Position numbers and translations under genes: made by a program
NCBI GenBank assembly: GCA_000934665.2
Contig: KZ539566.1
Span: 1 to 40,166 of the forward strand
Direction of reading: 5' to 3'
Length of the DNA: 40,166 nucleotides
Source of the DNA: Catajapyx aquilonaris
Taxonomy: Eukaryota
The notes under the pieces: generated by a model
The model's input: the letters and a program-made list of their open reading frames with translations, nothing else
The model's database searches: none
Told to the model about the DNA's origin: nothing
In this document: positions 36,568 to 40,166 of the stretch, piece by piece
How the letters are laid out: the number at the start of each line of letters is the position of its first letter
Numbering within the stretch: the stretch's first letter is position 1

Positions 36568-36648
<81 letters not shown>
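36568..36648. repeat. (TTA)n microsatellite
   Basis: Perfect run immediately 5' of the SINE. Confidence 0.95.
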
Positions 36649-36651
36649 GTT

Positions 36652-36986
36652 GGGGAGGTGTGGTGGCCGTGATGGTAACGTCACGGCTTGCTGAGTGAAA
36701 GGCCCCAGGTTCGATCCCCGCCTGGGGAACTTTCCTTTCACCTGCGTCAGGAGGGTCTCTGACCTGCACCAAGGAGGTGTCTGGCAACCTAACCTCCTGG
36801 GGAACAGCACATGACCCCTTTACCGACATTGCACTTGCACCAATGTTCCCTCCCCAAAAATCCCTATATCCTTACCTCATGTCCTTTCATCCTTGCACCG
36901 GAGTTAGAAGAAAAATCAGAAAATTGAAGGAAGAATGGTGGTATTCCACCCCCCTATAAGGACCTATGGCCCTAGCACGGGGTAAC

Positions 36987-37042
<56 letters not shown>
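36652..37042 (+). mobile_element. tRNA-derived SINE (family A), full length with (AAT)n tail
   Basis: A box 36664-36675, B box 36708-36717, (AAT)n tail from ~36989, TATGTT on both flanks. Confidence 0.9.
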
Positions 37043-37043
<1 letters not shown>

Positions 37044-37365
37044 TGTTTATTACTTCACCCTGGGCCAATTAGCCGTGTGGGCGGGGGATTCTCCCTTTAC
37101 AGCATCCAAAATAATATCACAAAATTTGAGTTTTACACTTTAATACAGCACAAAAAAATTGAATAGTTGGTACATTCGAAATTCTGGGATATTTACAAAA
37201 ATAAAAAATATGTCCTGTGGTGGAATTTGCTGAAAATTTTTAAGGAAAAATGATCTCTCGTTCCGAAAAAATTGATAATCATACAGAATGTGAAAGAAAT
37301 CGAAATTCATGAACGTATTACAAGGGGTGCAAATTTCATTCAGTGAGAAAACAAATAACCTATAA

Positions 37366-37713
37366 GGGGTCGTCCATAAACCACGTGACCGATTTTTGGC
37401 CACTTTTTGACCCCCCCNNNNNNNNNNNNNNNNNNNNNNNNNNNNNNNNNNNNNNNNNNNNNNNNNNNNNNNNNNNNNNNNNNNNNNNNNNNNNNNNNNN
37501 NNNNNNNNNNNNNNNNNNNNNNNNNNNNNNNNNNNNNNNNNNNNNNNNNNNNNNNNNNNNNNNNNNNNNNNNNNNNNNNNNNNNNNNNNNNNNNNNNNNN
37601 NNNNNNNNNNNNNNNNNNNNNNNNNNCCCCCCCCCTCCCCCCTGTGACCAACCGTGGTAGATCAGCAGACCCCCCCTCCCCCCAAAACGGTCACGTGGTA
37701 TATGGACGACCCC
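37366..37713. mobile_element. PIF/Harbinger MITE, TAA TSD (spans an N gap)
   Basis: TIR GGGGTCGTCCATA.ACCACGTGACC; empty-site copy at 37742-37796. Confidence 0.88.
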
Positions 37714-38205
37714 TAATCATTAAGCCAAATCATCAAAATCATGCAAATTTCATTCAGTGAGAAAACAAATAACCTATAATCATTAAGCCAAATCAAATGA
37801 GTGGTTTCTCAGGTTTACCAACCCATTAGGCACAGTAGGCACTGGCCTAGGGGCCAGTTGCAATAAATTAATAATGTTTCTCATATACAATAATAGGAAA
37901 TGAAGGCGAGATCACAAAGGAAATCAAATTTTGGAGAGCTTGATTTACCACTACACAAGCATGAAACTTAGGTAATTGCCGAAGGGCGGCCTCCCTCTGG
38001 GCAGCCATAACTTTCATTATAATATATAAAAAATAAAATAACATTTTATGAAGGAGAGTACGCAATTAAAAAATTAATTGTCAGGCCGGGGGGCGGGGGG
38101 CGGGGGCGTATCTCAAGTACTCCAGACTCCAGAGTTTTAGAAATTTCCAATTTGTTCCTAGTTAATTGATTGGCCAAAACTCATATAGGCTCAGTTGCCC
38201 TAATC

Positions 38206-38427
38206 CAGGGGTTCCCAACCTTTTTACACCCGCGACCCCTCAAATCACCTAAAATTTCTCCACGGCCCCCTTGCAAAAGTAACATACATAAATCTTTGAT
38301 GAAGCAGCCAAACAATACAAGAAATATATTTACCAAATGTGGTACAATGCCTCTCACGGCCGCGGCCCCCCTGGACCTGCTGCACAGCACCCTTGGGGGC
38401 CCACGACTCCCAGGTTGGGAACCCCTG
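38206..38427. mobile_element. hAT (Charlie-like) MITE
   Basis: 15-bp TIR CAGGGGTTCCCAACC and perfect 8-bp TSD CCCTAATC. Confidence 0.92.
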
Positions 38428-38565
38428 CCCTAATCCAATGTTTTAAATACTGCCATGCGGAAAGTAATTTCTTTTCATTAATTTATTTTTACTCTGTGAT
38501 ACTTTTAGAAATGTCAGATATGTTCCTAGTTGATTGGCCAAAACTCATAAAAATTGGCCTTATCC

Positions 38566-38681
38566 AATGGGTGGAATTTTTGTCTTCCTACTCGTTACTT
38601 TTAAATTAGCAGTACCAGTGTAATGCAATGGTACTGCTAAGTTAAAAGTAACCAGTAGTACGACGAAAATTCCACCCAATG
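38566..38681. mobile_element. Short palindromic MITE (TGGGTGGAATTTT family)
   Basis: Inverted ends plus internal TTAGCAGTACCA hairpin; related ends at ~22783, ~26345-26422 and ~33010-33030. Confidence 0.75.
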
Positions 38682-39071
38682 CTTTAAAACGTAGCCGTAA
38701 TTATGCGGAAAGGAATGTATGGCCATGACAGTATTTTAAAAAGCTATTTGGTGTGTTTTCGAAGTGTCATGAGTGATGACTGATGAGCATTCATTTTTAG
38801 ACGGAAGCTAACGTAATCCTAAGCAGACAAGAGTAGTATCCCACTGCATAGTACGGAGCCACTTGGAAAAATGCCGCAGTGGCGCCACCGTCTATGCGAG
38901 TTTAACATGGGAAAGCGCCACTGCGGCCATTTCTGTAACTAGTAAATATGCGTGGGAAGAGTCTCCAGCCAATCAGGAGGCTCGCCGAGAAGCTACGCTT
39001 TGAAAAGCAGCGGCGGCCCCCCGCGGCAGTGGCAGCACCGTCGCTCTCGGTGGCGAAATAAAAATCCGCAG

Positions 39072-39145
39072 CGGCGCCGAGCCGGGCTGGAACCCAGGGC
39101 CTCCCGATTAGGATGACGTTGCTCTTAGGATCACGGCCAAAGCCG
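39072..39145 (-). ncRNA. tRNA-like/SINE head remnant
   Basis: Minus strand TGGCCGTGATCC (A-box-like) ... GGGTTCCAGCCC (B-box-like). Confidence 0.4.
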
Positions 39146-39194
39146 CATGCCTGGTAAGAGAGGCGCTGGGAGGCGCCCTATATGCAGCCACCGC

Positions 39195-39935
39195 CACCAC
39201 CACCACGGGGGCCCCCCAGGCCCCACCCTAGGTGAAATTTGGGAATGCCTAAATTCCGATCACGTGACGTGGCACAATTTGGCAGGTCCAGAATGTCAGT
39301 GGGCCGGTGGGAANCTAACGGGCGCAAGCCCAAGTTCATGCGGGCGGCCGGATTTTCACGCGAACGCCAAATAACATTGCGTGGCGAGTCTGACTACTTT
39401 GTAGTCTCTGGCCTCACCGTAGGGGAAAATTTGGGAATGCCTAAATTCCGATCACGTGACGTGGCACAATTTGGCAGGTCCAGAATATCAGTGGGCCGGT
39501 GGGAAAGTCCCGAAAAATATATTTGGGGGAGCGGCGGGAGATTCGAATTATATACTTGCTGCTGATTATAAGGGGGGAAAAAAGATGGCCCTCCCACGGC
39601 CCCCAGGCCCACCCTAGGTGAAATTTGGGAATGCCTAAATTCCGAACTCGCGACCTGGAAGACTGTGGCCCGTCCAGATTTTCTGTGGGCCGGTGGGAAG
39701 GTCCCGAAAAAATATTTGGGGGAGCGGCGGGAGATTCGAACCGTATACTTGCCGCGCGGATTATAAGGGGAAAACTGGTCCTCCCACCACGGCCGCCAGG
39801 CCCACCCCAGGTGAAATTTGGCATTGCCTAAATTCCGAACCCGTGACGTGGGACAAGGTGGCCCAGCCAGATTTTCTGTGGGCCCATCGGAAAGTTCCCA
39901 AAAATATATTTGGGGAGCGGCGGGAGATTCAAAAA
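39195..39935. repeat. ~193-bp GC-rich tandem repeat, about 4 diverged units
   Basis: GAAATTTGGGAATGCCTAAATTCCGA-like anchor at ~39234, ~39426, ~39620 and ~39814. Confidence 0.88.
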
Positions 39936-40166
39936 AAGGCTGCTGCGGCCAGGGGAAAAAATTCCTAAGATGGCCCCCGCAGGAGCTTCCTGGTCCACCT
40001 ATAATTTTTGGGGGGTAACCTCCAGGGTGTATCCATGATGCCCCGCAACCCTCCACGCACCCTATATATTATGGTGACCCGGCAGGCAAGCCATCCCCTG
40101 CCGGCGTCACCTCACGGGCAAATGTCCCCTGACTCCATCGTCCTCCAAACCGATCCTGTCCCTTGC

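Noticed and set aside
36652..36725. Functional tRNA gene
   Set aside because: The A and B boxes run into a non-tRNA body and (AAT)n tail, and a dispersed second copy exists, so it is a SINE
39394..40056. 220-aa ORF
   Set aside because: It is a translation of the GC-rich tandem repeat with no domain signature

Overview
This is eukaryotic, most likely insect/arthropod, genomic DNA from a gapped draft assembly (N runs at 17759-17788, 37418-37626 and 39314). It is not prokaryotic, so most ORFs in the supplied track are spurious. The one host gene I can support is a + strand, spliced TTC27 (tetratricopeptide repeat protein 27/EMW1 family) homologue. Eight exons between 9991 and 35199 have canonical GT-AG borders and compatible phases; I did not find its 5' or 3' exons in the window. 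The second visible exon carries an internal frameshift at ~14225, and several normally conserved residues are altered, so this is either a decaying copy or an assembly error. Nearly everything else is nested transposon debris: a 5'-truncated RNase H-containing non-LTR retrotransposon, tRNA-derived SINEs, mariner, Tigger and Sola transposase remnants, and TA-, TAA/TTA-, TTAA-, AWWT- and 8-bp-TSD MITEs. Several insertions have their empty site visible elsewhere in the window. The most striking property is the density of long fold-back palindromes (arms from ~40 bp to ~1 kb), most of them inside TTC27 introns. I found no convincing new protein-coding system.
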